From: Candidatus Latescibacterota bacterium
Lineage (GTDB): Bacteria; Latescibacterota; UBA2968; GCA-2709665
Assembly (NCBI GenBank): GCA_965248435.1
Contig: OZ252100.1
Coordinates: 4,160,001-4,224,000, forward strand
Direction: 5' to 3'
DNA length: 64,000 bases
The notes under the pieces are model-generated. The model saw only the letters and a program-made list of their open reading frames with translations. It was not told where the DNA came from and ran no database searches. Made by a program: the position numbers and the translations under genes. Every line of letters starts with the position of its first letter. Position 1 is the first letter of the stretch. Below are positions 9,202-16,685 of the stretch, in pieces.

Positions 9202-10331
9202 ATATATCCGGTCGATCCGTCCGGGCGGACCGGAGAGGTCCGCTGCCAGTGTACGTATTCGTCCTTACCGATCGCGTCCTCGTCCACTTCTACGCCCAGA
9301 CCGGGGCGATCTCGTAGCTCCAGGTAGCCGTCTTTGGGCAGGTAGGGGTCGTCCAGCCATTTACTCTCGCCCGGAAAGTTGTATTCCAGGATCTTGAAGT
9401 TGGGCGTGGCGGCCGCGAAGTGGAGGTTGACGGCGGCGGCGAGCGGGCCCATGGGGTTATGAGGGGCGACTGTGACGTAGTGCGCTTCTGCGATGGCGGC
9501 GATCTTTCGCATTTCCAGCAGGCCGCCGCAGGCGCAGATGTCGGGCTGGATGATGTCGGCCCCGTGGGCGGCCATCAGGTCCAGGAATTCGAACCGGGTG
9601 TAGAGGCACTCGCCCGTCGCCAGAGGGACCTGCATCTGGGCGCGGAGGCGGGACCAGGCTGGAATGTGCTCAGGCCGTAACGGCTCTTCGTAGAAAAGGG
9701 GATCGTATGGGGCCAGGGCATTGGCGAGCTGGAGGGCCAGGATCGGCTCGAAGATCTTGGCGTGAGGATCGAACGCGATCTCCCAGTTTTCGTCCGTGTG
9801 TTTTCGAATTTCCTCGAAGTATTCGGCGGCGGTCCTGCAGACGAGGCCCCAGCGGTTCGCGTTCTCGTCGATGCGGTAGGGGGAGGTCTTGAACGCGGTG
9901 AAGCCCCATTCTTCGTTCAGCTTGACCGCTTCCTCCGCCGCTTCCTTCCCGCTTTCCCCTCCGATGCCGCGATAGACCTGGACACGGTCCCGGACTGCTC
10001 CTCCGAGGAGCATGTAGACGGGGAGCCCGGCAGCCTTGCCGCTGATGTCCCACAGCGCGTGGTCGACGGCCGACATGGCCGCCAGACCGAGCGCCCCCGG
10101 CGGAAAACGGAACTGCTGGAACAGCTTCAGCATGATGAACTCGATTCGCCGGGGATCTTCACCCTTGATCATCTCGAAGATGTAGTCGGCGACCGGTTCG
10201 ATCGCAAGGTCGGGGCCGTGGTTGTAGGCCTCGCCCCAACCGTAGAGGCCTTCGTCCGTCTCGACTTTGATGAGCGCACGCGGGCGTTGTCGATGGCTGG
10301 TCATGAAGGTTTTGATGGCGGTGATTTTCAT
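9198..10331 (-). CDS. Mandelate racemase/muconate lactonizing family enzyme, galactonate dehydratase-like
   Basis: MKITAIKTF..LIKVETDEGLYGWGE, ALWDISGK, DPH, YEEP, ATGE, APHN motifs; start reset to ATG 10331 behind AAGGAG. Confidence 0.85.
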   Translation of the reverse strand: MKITAIKTFMTSHRQRPRALIKVETDEGLYGWGEAYNHGPDLAIEPVADYIFEMIKGEDPRRIEFIMLKLFQQFRFPPGALGLAAMSAVDHALWDISGKAAGLPVYMLLGGAVRDRVQVYRGIGGESGKEAAEEAVKLNEEWGFTAFKTSPYRIDENANRWGLVCRTAAEYFEEIRKHTDENWEIAFDPHAKIFEPILALQLANALAPYDPLFYEEPLRPEHIPAWSRLRAQMQVPLATGECLYTRFEFLDLMAAHGADIIQPDICACGGLLEMRKIAAIAEAHYVTVAPHNPMGPLAAAVNLHFAAATPNFKILEYNFPGESKWLDDPYLPKDGYLELRDRPGLGVEVDEDAIGKDEYVHWQRTSPVRPDGSTGYI

Positions 10332-10693
10332 AGCGGGCTCCTTAAATGACCGTATCTCGTATCTCGTGAAGCGTATCTCGTCAAAAGAATAGAAACGACA
10401 GTGTGTGATATCGCTGGTCGAATATGAATATTGGATATTGCCTTTCTTCTTCAAGATAATACTTTATGCACATTCTTTCGAGTTTTCTGATAGCCCGGTT
10501 TCGCATCTGAAGCAGGAGCGGGACAGGTTGAAGGGAGCGGTTCAAGTGAAGTTTGCATCGTTGGTTAGGAAGGAAGCTTGGGGATACTGTTTGACATTTC
10601 CTTCAGATCGTGCTACATAGAGCTGGAGGATCAATGATGTTTTCCTTAGCTGTCCGGCTCAGCCCCAGAACGCTCGCCGCAAGGGTTTAAACT

Positions 10694-10987
10694 ATGTTTT
10701 GGGTTGTCGTAGCCCTCGTAAGTGTGGTCGTCGTCAAGTATTACACGTCGATCGGGAAGCGAAAACTGGAGGAGCGACTGACCCGCGTCAAGACGGCACT
10801 GGTTGATGCTCGGAAAAAACTCAGATCCGCTCAGAATGAGCAGGCTGGAGTGACCGAAGAGATGGATGAGATGGAGGAACGCATCAGGCGTATGAAGGAG
10901 ATCATGGATGACCTTGGCCTTCGTATGCAGAGCAAGGAACAGCCCGAGGAAAGGGAGGAGAAGATGGAGAAGGCGCTCCACCTTTGA
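10694..10987 (+). CDS. Small membrane-anchored coiled-coil hypothetical protein
   Basis: N-terminal hydrophobic helix then E/K/R/M-rich heptads; TTGACA-17-TACATA upstream at 10591-10619. Confidence 0.65.
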   Translation: MFWVVVALVSVVVVKYYTSIGKRKLEERLTRVKTALVDARKKLRSAQNEQAGVTEEMDEMEERIRRMKEIMDDLGLRMQSKEQPEEREEKMEKALHL

Positions 10988-11025
10988 GGATTCATTGTCG
11001 TGTCTCGGGCTGAAATGGAGAAGTA

Positions 11026-11054
11026 TTGACACGGAGAGCAAAAGAGGGTAACTT
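11026..11054 (+). promoter_or_regulatory. Putative sigma-70 promoter of the sigma factor gene
   Basis: TTGACA-17 bp-TAACTT. Confidence 0.55.
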
Positions 11055-11194
11055 TCGAGATGTTCGAAGGGTGAAAGGGGTCATCGGCTGGGAAGTTCTC
11101 TCGTATGGGTAAGTTTCATGCATACTAGTCACACTCACCTGAGATGGGTAACGGGAGATGTGACTTTTTTGTTTCGGTGAGAGGTATTATCCCT

Positions 11195-12049
11195 ATGGTG
11201 AGTAATGCACGTCACGATGAAAACGATTCTCTTCAGTACTATCTGAAAGATGTATCCTCGACACGCCTGCTCTCTGCTCAGGAGGAAGTAGCCCTCGCAC
11301 GGCAAATCAAAAAGGGGGATATGAAAGCCCGGGCAAAAATGGTGGAGGCCAATCTCAGATTCGTCATCACCGTAGCCAAGAAATACCAGAACCGAGGGCT
11401 GCCACTGGTTGAGCTGATCAGTGCTGGGAACATCGGTCTGGTTACTGCGGTTGACCGGTTCGACGGGGACAGGGGGTTCAAGTTTATCTCTTACGCGGTC
11501 TGGTGGATTCGGCAGTCTATCCAGCAGACCCTGAAGGAACAGTCCCGGATGGTGCGTCTGCCTCTTAATCGGATCGACTTGCTGCACCGCATTTTCCAGT
11601 ACGTCACCCAACAGCAGGAGACTTCTCACCGTCCGGATGAAGACGAGATCGCCAAGGAGCTGGGCATATCTGTCGAAATGGTGAAGGATACACTCGTCAA
11701 GGGCCAGCGCGTCCTCTCCCTGGATGCCACTTTCGAAGAAGACAACACGAACACCCTTATGGAACGGATAACCGATGAGACCCAGGAACAGCCTGATGTG
11801 CAGTTGACCCGCAACTCCCTTCACGAAGACATCGAAGCTGTTCTGCACACTCTCGGCGACGATCGCGCACGGGACATAATCAAACTCTATTTCGGCCTGG
11901 ATGGAGCTCCTGGGATGACTCTGGAGGAAATCGGAGTTCGGTATGGCGTCACGAGAGAACGCATTCGGCAGATCAAGTATAAGGCTTTGTGCAGGCTTCG
12001 TAATCCTGTGCGGGCACGGAAATTAATGTCCTACACGGAAGAAATCTGA
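11195..12049 (+). CDS. RNA polymerase sigma-70 factor, RpoD/RpoS-like, lacking region 1.1
   Basis: SLQYYLKDV (r1.2), EANLRFVITVAKKY, GFKFISYAVWWIRQ (r2), TLEEIG..VTRERIRQI (r4). Confidence 0.93.
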   Translation: MVSNARHDENDSLQYYLKDVSSTRLLSAQEEVALARQIKKGDMKARAKMVEANLRFVITVAKKYQNRGLPLVELISAGNIGLVTAVDRFDGDRGFKFISYAVWWIRQSIQQTLKEQSRMVRLPLNRIDLLHRIFQYVTQQQETSHRPDEDEIAKELGISVEMVKDTLVKGQRVLSLDATFEEDNTNTLMERITDETQEQPDVQLTRNSLHEDIEAVLHTLGDDRARDIIKLYFGLDGAPGMTLEEIGVRYGVTRERIRQIKYKALCRLRNPVRARKLMSYTEEI

Positions 12050-12085
12050 CGCTGGATGAGTACCCGAAATGCAGGGGGAGGAAGA

Positions 12086-12214
12086 ATGGCTGACAAGGGA
12101 AAAAGAGACAAAGCCAGAAAAGAACAACGGCAAAAGGCCCAGCTTAATCCAAAAGAAAAACGAAAACTGAAAAAAGAAAAGAAGGCAGCCCGGGGCAAAG
12201 GGCTGCCAACCTGA
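12086..12214 (+). CDS. Small basic protein (42 aa)
   Basis: Below ORF-track cutoff; GGAGGA RBS, MADKGKRDKARKEQRQKAQLNPKEKRKLKKEKKAARGKGLPT*. Confidence 0.65.
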   Translation: MADKGKRDKARKEQRQKAQLNPKEKRKLKKEKKAARGKGLPT

Positions 12215-12344
12215 CCGTTTAGCCGTTGTTGAAGGTGATCCAGCTTTCAGTGGCGGCCCGTCCTGGGGTCGTCAGAAGCGCATATCGTTGGGAGTCGGAC
12301 GAAATCCTGCGACACTTCTGCGTTACCCAGCCTGCTTCTATACG

Positions 12345-12393
12345 AAAAGGCACTTACACCGTCTCTAGAGAGATCGAGGTAAGTGCCCTTTTT
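12345..12393. terminator. Bidirectional terminator-like inverted repeat downstream of tRNA-Leu
   Basis: AAAAGGCACTTAC...GTAAGTGCCCTTTTT. Confidence 0.55.
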
Positions 12394-12408
12394 CTTGTCG
12401 ATTCCTTA

Positions 12409-12495
12409 TGGTGCCGAAGGTGGGACTCGAACCCACACGGGCTTGCGCCCACCGGATTTTGAGTCCGGCGCGTCTACCAATTCCACCACTTCGGC
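12409..12495 (-). tRNA. tRNA-Leu (CAA)
   Basis: Reverse complement GCCGAAGTGGTGGAATTGGTAGACGCGCCGGACTCAAAATCCGG...GGTTCGAGTCCCACCTTCGGCACCA; long variable arm, anticodon CAA, encoded CCA. Confidence 0.97.
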
Positions 12496-12518
12496 ACGGG
12501 TCAAGCCGTAATCAAGAA

Positions 12519-13070
12519 TCAGGGCATCTCTTCGGAGCGGGGAGGGCCCAGGATCTCACGATAGAGGATCGCGTTTCGCACGCTGCCTCGCGAGAAGTCC
12601 AGACGCCGACGCCGCTTATCCTTTTTCGCGCGCAGGAGATGCGCCTTTTGCGAAGGGGCCGTTTCAGGCGGGGGGGCCTGAGGGCGCGGCGCGGGGGTCG
12701 GCTTCGGCTCGGGCCGGACGGGTCGGAATTCTTCCTGCGCCGGTGGCTCCTCAACCGGCCGGGTGACCTGGATCGGTCTGAATTCCTCCCGGGCCGGTTC
12801 TTCCGTGACGCTTCTCGTCCCCTTCACCTCCCGAAATTCTTCTTCGAGTGACTCCGTGCGGTGGCGGAAGACTTCGGAGAGCACGTCCCAATCCGAGGCG
12901 TCGGCATCGTCCTCCTCGGGTTGGTAGATCGGCCGTCGCTGGTTCGGAGATAGCGTCCGGCCCTGACGCCCGACCTCCCCGGAAGTCTGCTTACGCTGCC
13001 GCAGTTTGCTGATGATCGAGGAGACGACGCTCAACAACAGGAACAGGATGACGATGACTTCAAAACCCAT
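12519..13070 (-). CDS. Membrane-anchored hypothetical protein, third gene of nfeD-floA operon (YqfB-like position)
   Basis: N-terminal TM, Pro/Glu-rich linker, C-terminal AILYREILGPPRS motif typical of genes following floA. Confidence 0.7.
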   Translation of the reverse strand: MGFEVIVILFLLLSVVSSIISKLRQRKQTSGEVGRQGRTLSPNQRRPIYQPEEDDADASDWDVLSEVFRHRTESLEEEFREVKGTRSVTEEPAREEFRPIQVTRPVEEPPAQEEFRPVRPEPKPTPAPRPQAPPPETAPSQKAHLLRAKKDKRRRRLDFSRGSVRNAILYREILGPPRSEEMP

Positions 13071-13073
13071 CCG

Positions 13074-14060
13074 CTATCTCCCCTCCTCGTCCGTGCGCTC
13101 ATCGCTTTCGTCCGCGATGCCCTCACGCATGGAGGTGTCGGCCTGGATGTTTCGCATCCGATAATAGTCCATGATCCCGAGATTTCCGCTCCTGAAGGCC
13201 TCGGCCATCGCGCGGGGGACCTCGGCCTCAGCTTCCACTACGCGGGCGCGCATCTCCACGACGCGTGCACTCATCTCCTGCTCCTGCGCCACGGCCATCG
13301 CCCTGCGCCCTTCGGCCCTTGCCTGGGCGACCTTGAGGTCGGCATCGGCCTGGTCGGTCTGCAGTATTGCGCCGATGTTGTCGCCGACGTCGACATCGGC
13401 GATGTCGATCGAGAGGATTTCGTAGGCCGTGCCCGAATCCAGGCCCTTGTCCAGGACCGTTTTTGAGATGCGGTCAGGATTTTCGAGCACGTCTTTGTGC
13501 GTCTCCGCCGAACCGATCGTGGTCACGATGCCTTCGCCGACACGGGCCATGATCGTCTCTTCACCTGCGCCGCCCACGAGCCGTTCGATGTTGGCTCGGA
13601 CGGTCACCCGGGAGGTGGCCTTCACCTGGATGCCGTCTTTGGCCACCGCGGTGACCATAGGGGTGGAGATGACCTTGGGGTTCACGCTGACTTGAACCGC
13701 TTCGAGCACGTCCCGCCCGGCGAGGTCGATCGCCGCGGCACGTTCAAAGGTGAGGTTGATGCCCGCCTTGTCCGCGGCGATCAAGGCGGTGATCACGTTT
13801 TCAACGGCGCCGCCGGCCAGAAAGTGTGCCTCCAGGAAGGCGGTGGGTATGTCCAGGCCAGCCTTGGTTGCACTGATCTGCGAACCCAGGATAATGCGTG
13901 GAGGAACCCGGCGAAGACGCATCCCGACCAGTTCGCCGATGCCGATCCGCACGCGCGCCGCGAGCGCGGAGATCCACAGCCCGACCGGGATGAAGTAGAC
14001 AAAGAGGACCAGGAAAAAAATTCCTGCAGCGACGATGAGCAGCAGGGCGAGGAATTCCAT
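13074..14060 (-). CDS. floA: Flotillin-like protein FloA (YqfA family)
   Basis: [53 protein letters not shown]. Confidence 0.95.
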   Translation of the reverse strand: MEFLALLLIVAAGIFFLVLFVYFIPVGLWISALAARVRIGIGELVGMRLRRVPPRIILGSQISATKAGLDIPTAFLEAHFLAGGAVENVITALIAADKAGINLTFERAAAIDLAGRDVLEAVQVSVNPKVISTPMVTAVAKDGIQVKATSRVTVRANIERLVGGAGEETIMARVGEGIVTTIGSAETHKDVLENPDRISKTVLDKGLDSGTAYEILSIDIADVDVGDNIGAILQTDQADADLKVAQARAEGRRAMAVAQEQEMSARVVEMRARVVEAEAEVPRAMAEAFRSGNLGIMDYYRMRNIQADTSMREGIADESDERTDEEGR

Positions 14061-14081
14061 TGAATGTCTCCTTGAAGGTGG

Positions 14082-15425
14082 CTAGGCCTGGTCCGCCTTG
14101 CGGACGACGATTCGGTTTCCTTCCACTTCCACGACCTTGATCGGTGTATCCTTGTCTATGAAATCGCCTTCGGTGGCCACACTGATTCGACGGCCCTCGA
14201 TCAGACCCGTGCCTCCGGGACGAAGCGGCGTGAACGCCGTACCGATCACGCCGACGAGATTGTCGTATTCAGAGACGGCACGGTAGCCATCATCCGACTT
14301 TTCCTCCGCCTTGAGCACCAGCCGGTCCCACGTCGTCGTTCGCGGCAGGGACTTGATCATCCAGATGGCGAGGACGACCGTCAGCGCCATTGAGAGCAGC
14401 ACCGGACGCGCAGCCTCACCCGCAGATCCCCACGTCCAGAGCTCGCTTCGCCCCATCAGACTCAGAAGGAGACTGACGAAGATGAGCGCGAAGCCCGGGG
14501 CGGCCAGGAGGCCGAACCCAGCAACGAAGAAGAGGTCCGCAAGGACGAGGACGACGCCCAGGATGAAAAGGAGGACTTCACTCCAGTCGGCAAGGTTGAC
14601 GAGCATGTGGCTCCCGAAAAACAGACCGAGGCAGATCAGGCCAACTGTACCACCGATCCCCCAACCCGGACTCTGGATCTCGAAGATCAACCCAAGGAAG
14701 CCCAGGCTCATGAGGAGTGACGCAATGACGGGGTGGGTCAGCCATCTCACGACCTGCTCTGCCCAGTTTACAGACTGACGCCGGAGATCGGCCCCATCCA
14801 GTTCGAACTGCTTCAAGATTTCTTTGATTCGCTCGCTCGCGCCGGTGGCCGTAATGCTGATCTCGGCGATGCCCTGTTCGACAGCCTCTTCCGTGGTGAG
14901 GGTCAGGAGCTTTCCCTTTGGCGCCAGCTCGGGGAGATCCACGTCTTCATCGACCATGGCTTCTGCGAGCTTCGGGGGACGTCCCGTCTTCTCGGCCGTG
15001 GCTTTCATCTCGTTTCGAAAGTAGGAGATGATCTTCTCGCTGGCCTTCTTGCCCTGCAAATCCACCGCCGTCGCCGCCCCGATCGTGCCGCCTTCCACCA
15101 TGACGATATGCTTTGTGGCGAGTGAGATGAGGGCGCCCGCAGAGATGGCCCTTGGGTTGATGAAGGCGATCGTCTTTACTTCGCTGTATAGGATCGCGTC
15201 CCGGACGGTAAGCGCTGCATCCAGCGCGCCCCCCGGGGTGTCAATTTCGAAGATAACGGCCGCCGCACCTTCTTCTTCGGCTTCGGACATCACCCGTGAG
15301 ACGAACGCAGCCAACCCCTTCTCAATCGTGCCCTGAATGGGTACGATGTAGACGGTCTCGGCTGCCGAGAGGCCGGGGAAAAACCCAACGATCAGGACGA
15401 TGAATTTGAGAGGAAGTTTGTGCAT
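14082..15425 (-). CDS. nfeD: NfeD family membrane serine protease (ClpP-like, long form)
   Basis: IDTPGG, AISAGALI, GKLLTLT, TM bundle, C-terminal OB fold (TPLRPGG); start set at 15425 because a promoter overlaps the longer ORF start. Confidence 0.9.
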   Translation of the reverse strand: MHKLPLKFIVLIVGFFPGLSAAETVYIVPIQGTIEKGLAAFVSRVMSEAEEEGAAAVIFEIDTPGGALDAALTVRDAILYSEVKTIAFINPRAISAGALISLATKHIVMVEGGTIGAATAVDLQGKKASEKIISYFRNEMKATAEKTGRPPKLAEAMVDEDVDLPELAPKGKLLTLTTEEAVEQGIAEISITATGASERIKEILKQFELDGADLRRQSVNWAEQVVRWLTHPVIASLLMSLGFLGLIFEIQSPGWGIGGTVGLICLGLFFGSHMLVNLADWSEVLLFILGVVLVLADLFFVAGFGLLAAPGFALIFVSLLLSLMGRSELWTWGSAGEAARPVLLSMALTVVLAIWMIKSLPRTTTWDRLVLKAEEKSDDGYRAVSEYDNLVGVIGTAFTPLRPGGTGLIEGRRISVATEGDFIDKDTPIKVVEVEGNRIVVRKADQA

Positions 15426-15473
15426 TCTGACGTTGATCTTAAACGCGATACGAAATCCTGAATAATATGTTTG

Positions 15474-15502
15474 AGTGTACCACATACCCCCAGGGTTGTC
15501 AA
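15474..15502 (-). promoter_or_regulatory. Sigma-70 promoter of nfeD-floA operon
   Basis: TTGACA-17 bp-TACACT with extended TG. Confidence 0.65.
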
Positions 15503-15530
15503 TGCCAATCCTCGATTAGAGGAATGGAAC

Positions 15531-15559
15531 TTGACAGCGTCTTGTGTTCCTTTTATTAT
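15531..15559 (+). promoter_or_regulatory. Sigma-70 promoter of tRNA-Met
   Basis: TTGACA-17 bp-TATTAT just upstream of the tRNA. Confidence 0.7.
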
Positions 15560-15573
15560 TTTCAACTCGAATT

Positions 15574-15646
15574 GGCGGTGTAGCTCAGCTGGTAGAGCAG
15601 TGGAATCATAATCCATGGGTCGGGGGTTCGAGCCCCTCCACCGCCA
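15574..15646 (+). tRNA. tRNA-Met (CAT), probably elongator
   Basis: GGCGGTGTAGCTCAGCTGGTAGAGCAGTGGAATCATAATCCATGGGTCGGGGGTTCGAGCCCCTCCACCGCCA; G1-C72 paired, CCA not encoded; Ile2 not formally excluded. Confidence 0.93.
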
Positions 15647-15729
15647 CACGATATTCGATCGGGCAACGAATGAGAGAAGGCATCCAGTTTGGGTGCCTTC
15701 TCTTCGCTTAGAGGGTAGGAGGAACAGAG

Positions 15730-16593
15730 GTGACGATGTTCAAAAGTCTGTCGCCCCGCACACTCGGGGTTGAGGTGAATCTTGAGGCTGGGCTCGCGCT
15801 GGCCGCCGAGGCAGGTTTTGAGGGGCTGGACGTGAACATCCAGGAAGTGCAGCGCCTGGTGCAAGAACGGGGTGCCGCGTGGCTGAGCGAGTTGTTCGAA
15901 GGTGCCGGCCTGCGGATCGGCGCCTGGGGGCTGTCCATTCCGTGGGACGGACCGGAAGAATCGTTCCGCAAGGGACTGGAGGTGCTTCCGTCACTCGTTG
16001 CAGCCGGGGCTGCCGTTGGCGCCACCCGGATCACGCTGGTGGTTCGACCGGGTTCCGATGAACGCGCCTTCGAGGCGAATTTCAATTGGCATATCGATCG
16101 CATCAGACCCGTCGCGGAGATCCTGGATGACGAGGGCTGTCGACTTGGATTGGAATTTCTCGGGCCGCGTACCCTTCGCACCGCCAAGGCCTTCGGATTC
16201 ATCCACACCTCGGCAGGGATGCTCGCACTGGCCGATGCGATCGGAACAGGAAACGTCGGGCTCCTGCTGGACTCCTGGCACTGGTATACGAGCCAGGGGA
16301 CAATTTCCGATCTGAGTTCGTTGGCAGTCAGAGAGGTCGTCCACGTTCACGTGAACGATGCGCCGGCCGGCGTGGATGTAGCGGAACAGATCGACAACAA
16401 ACGGGCCCTCCCGACGGAAACCGGTGTGATCGACCTGGTCGGCTTCCTGATGGCGCTGAAGGAGATGGGCTACGACGGCCCGGTGACGCCCGAACCCTTC
16501 AGCGAGCGCGTCCGGGAAATGGAGCCCGCGCAGGCGGTGCAATCGGCTCACGACGGCCTGGACGAGGCCTGGAGGTCTGCTGGGCTGAGATAA
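15730..16593 (+). CDS. Sugar phosphate isomerase/epimerase (AP endonuclease 2 TIM barrel)
   Basis: AGFEGLD, LGLEFLGP, GLLLDSWHW, HVHVNDA, GYDGPVTPEPF. Confidence 0.88.
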   Translation: MTMFKSLSPRTLGVEVNLEAGLALAAEAGFEGLDVNIQEVQRLVQERGAAWLSELFEGAGLRIGAWGLSIPWDGPEESFRKGLEVLPSLVAAGAAVGATRITLVVRPGSDERAFEANFNWHIDRIRPVAEILDDEGCRLGLEFLGPRTLRTAKAFGFIHTSAGMLALADAIGTGNVGLLLDSWHWYTSQGTISDLSSLAVREVVHVHVNDAPAGVDVAEQIDNKRALPTETGVIDLVGFLMALKEMGYDGPVTPEPFSERVREMEPAQAVQSAHDGLDEAWRSAGLR

Positions 16594-16611
16594 ACCCAAC
16601 GGGCGAAGGAG

Positions 16612-16640
16612 AAAAAGGCACCCGGATCGGGTGCCTTTTT
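16612..16640. terminator. Bidirectional intrinsic terminator
   Basis: AAAAAGGCACCC-ggatc-GGGTGCCTTTTT between convergent genes. Confidence 0.85.
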
Positions 16641-16685
16641 CTGTTGGTCGTAGTTTGATGCAGATCGATTCTGTAAGACCGACGG

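Noticed and set aside
12408-12851. ORFs overlapping tRNA-Leu (and 15392..15864 over tRNA-Met)
   Set aside because: Artefactual translations of tRNA genes
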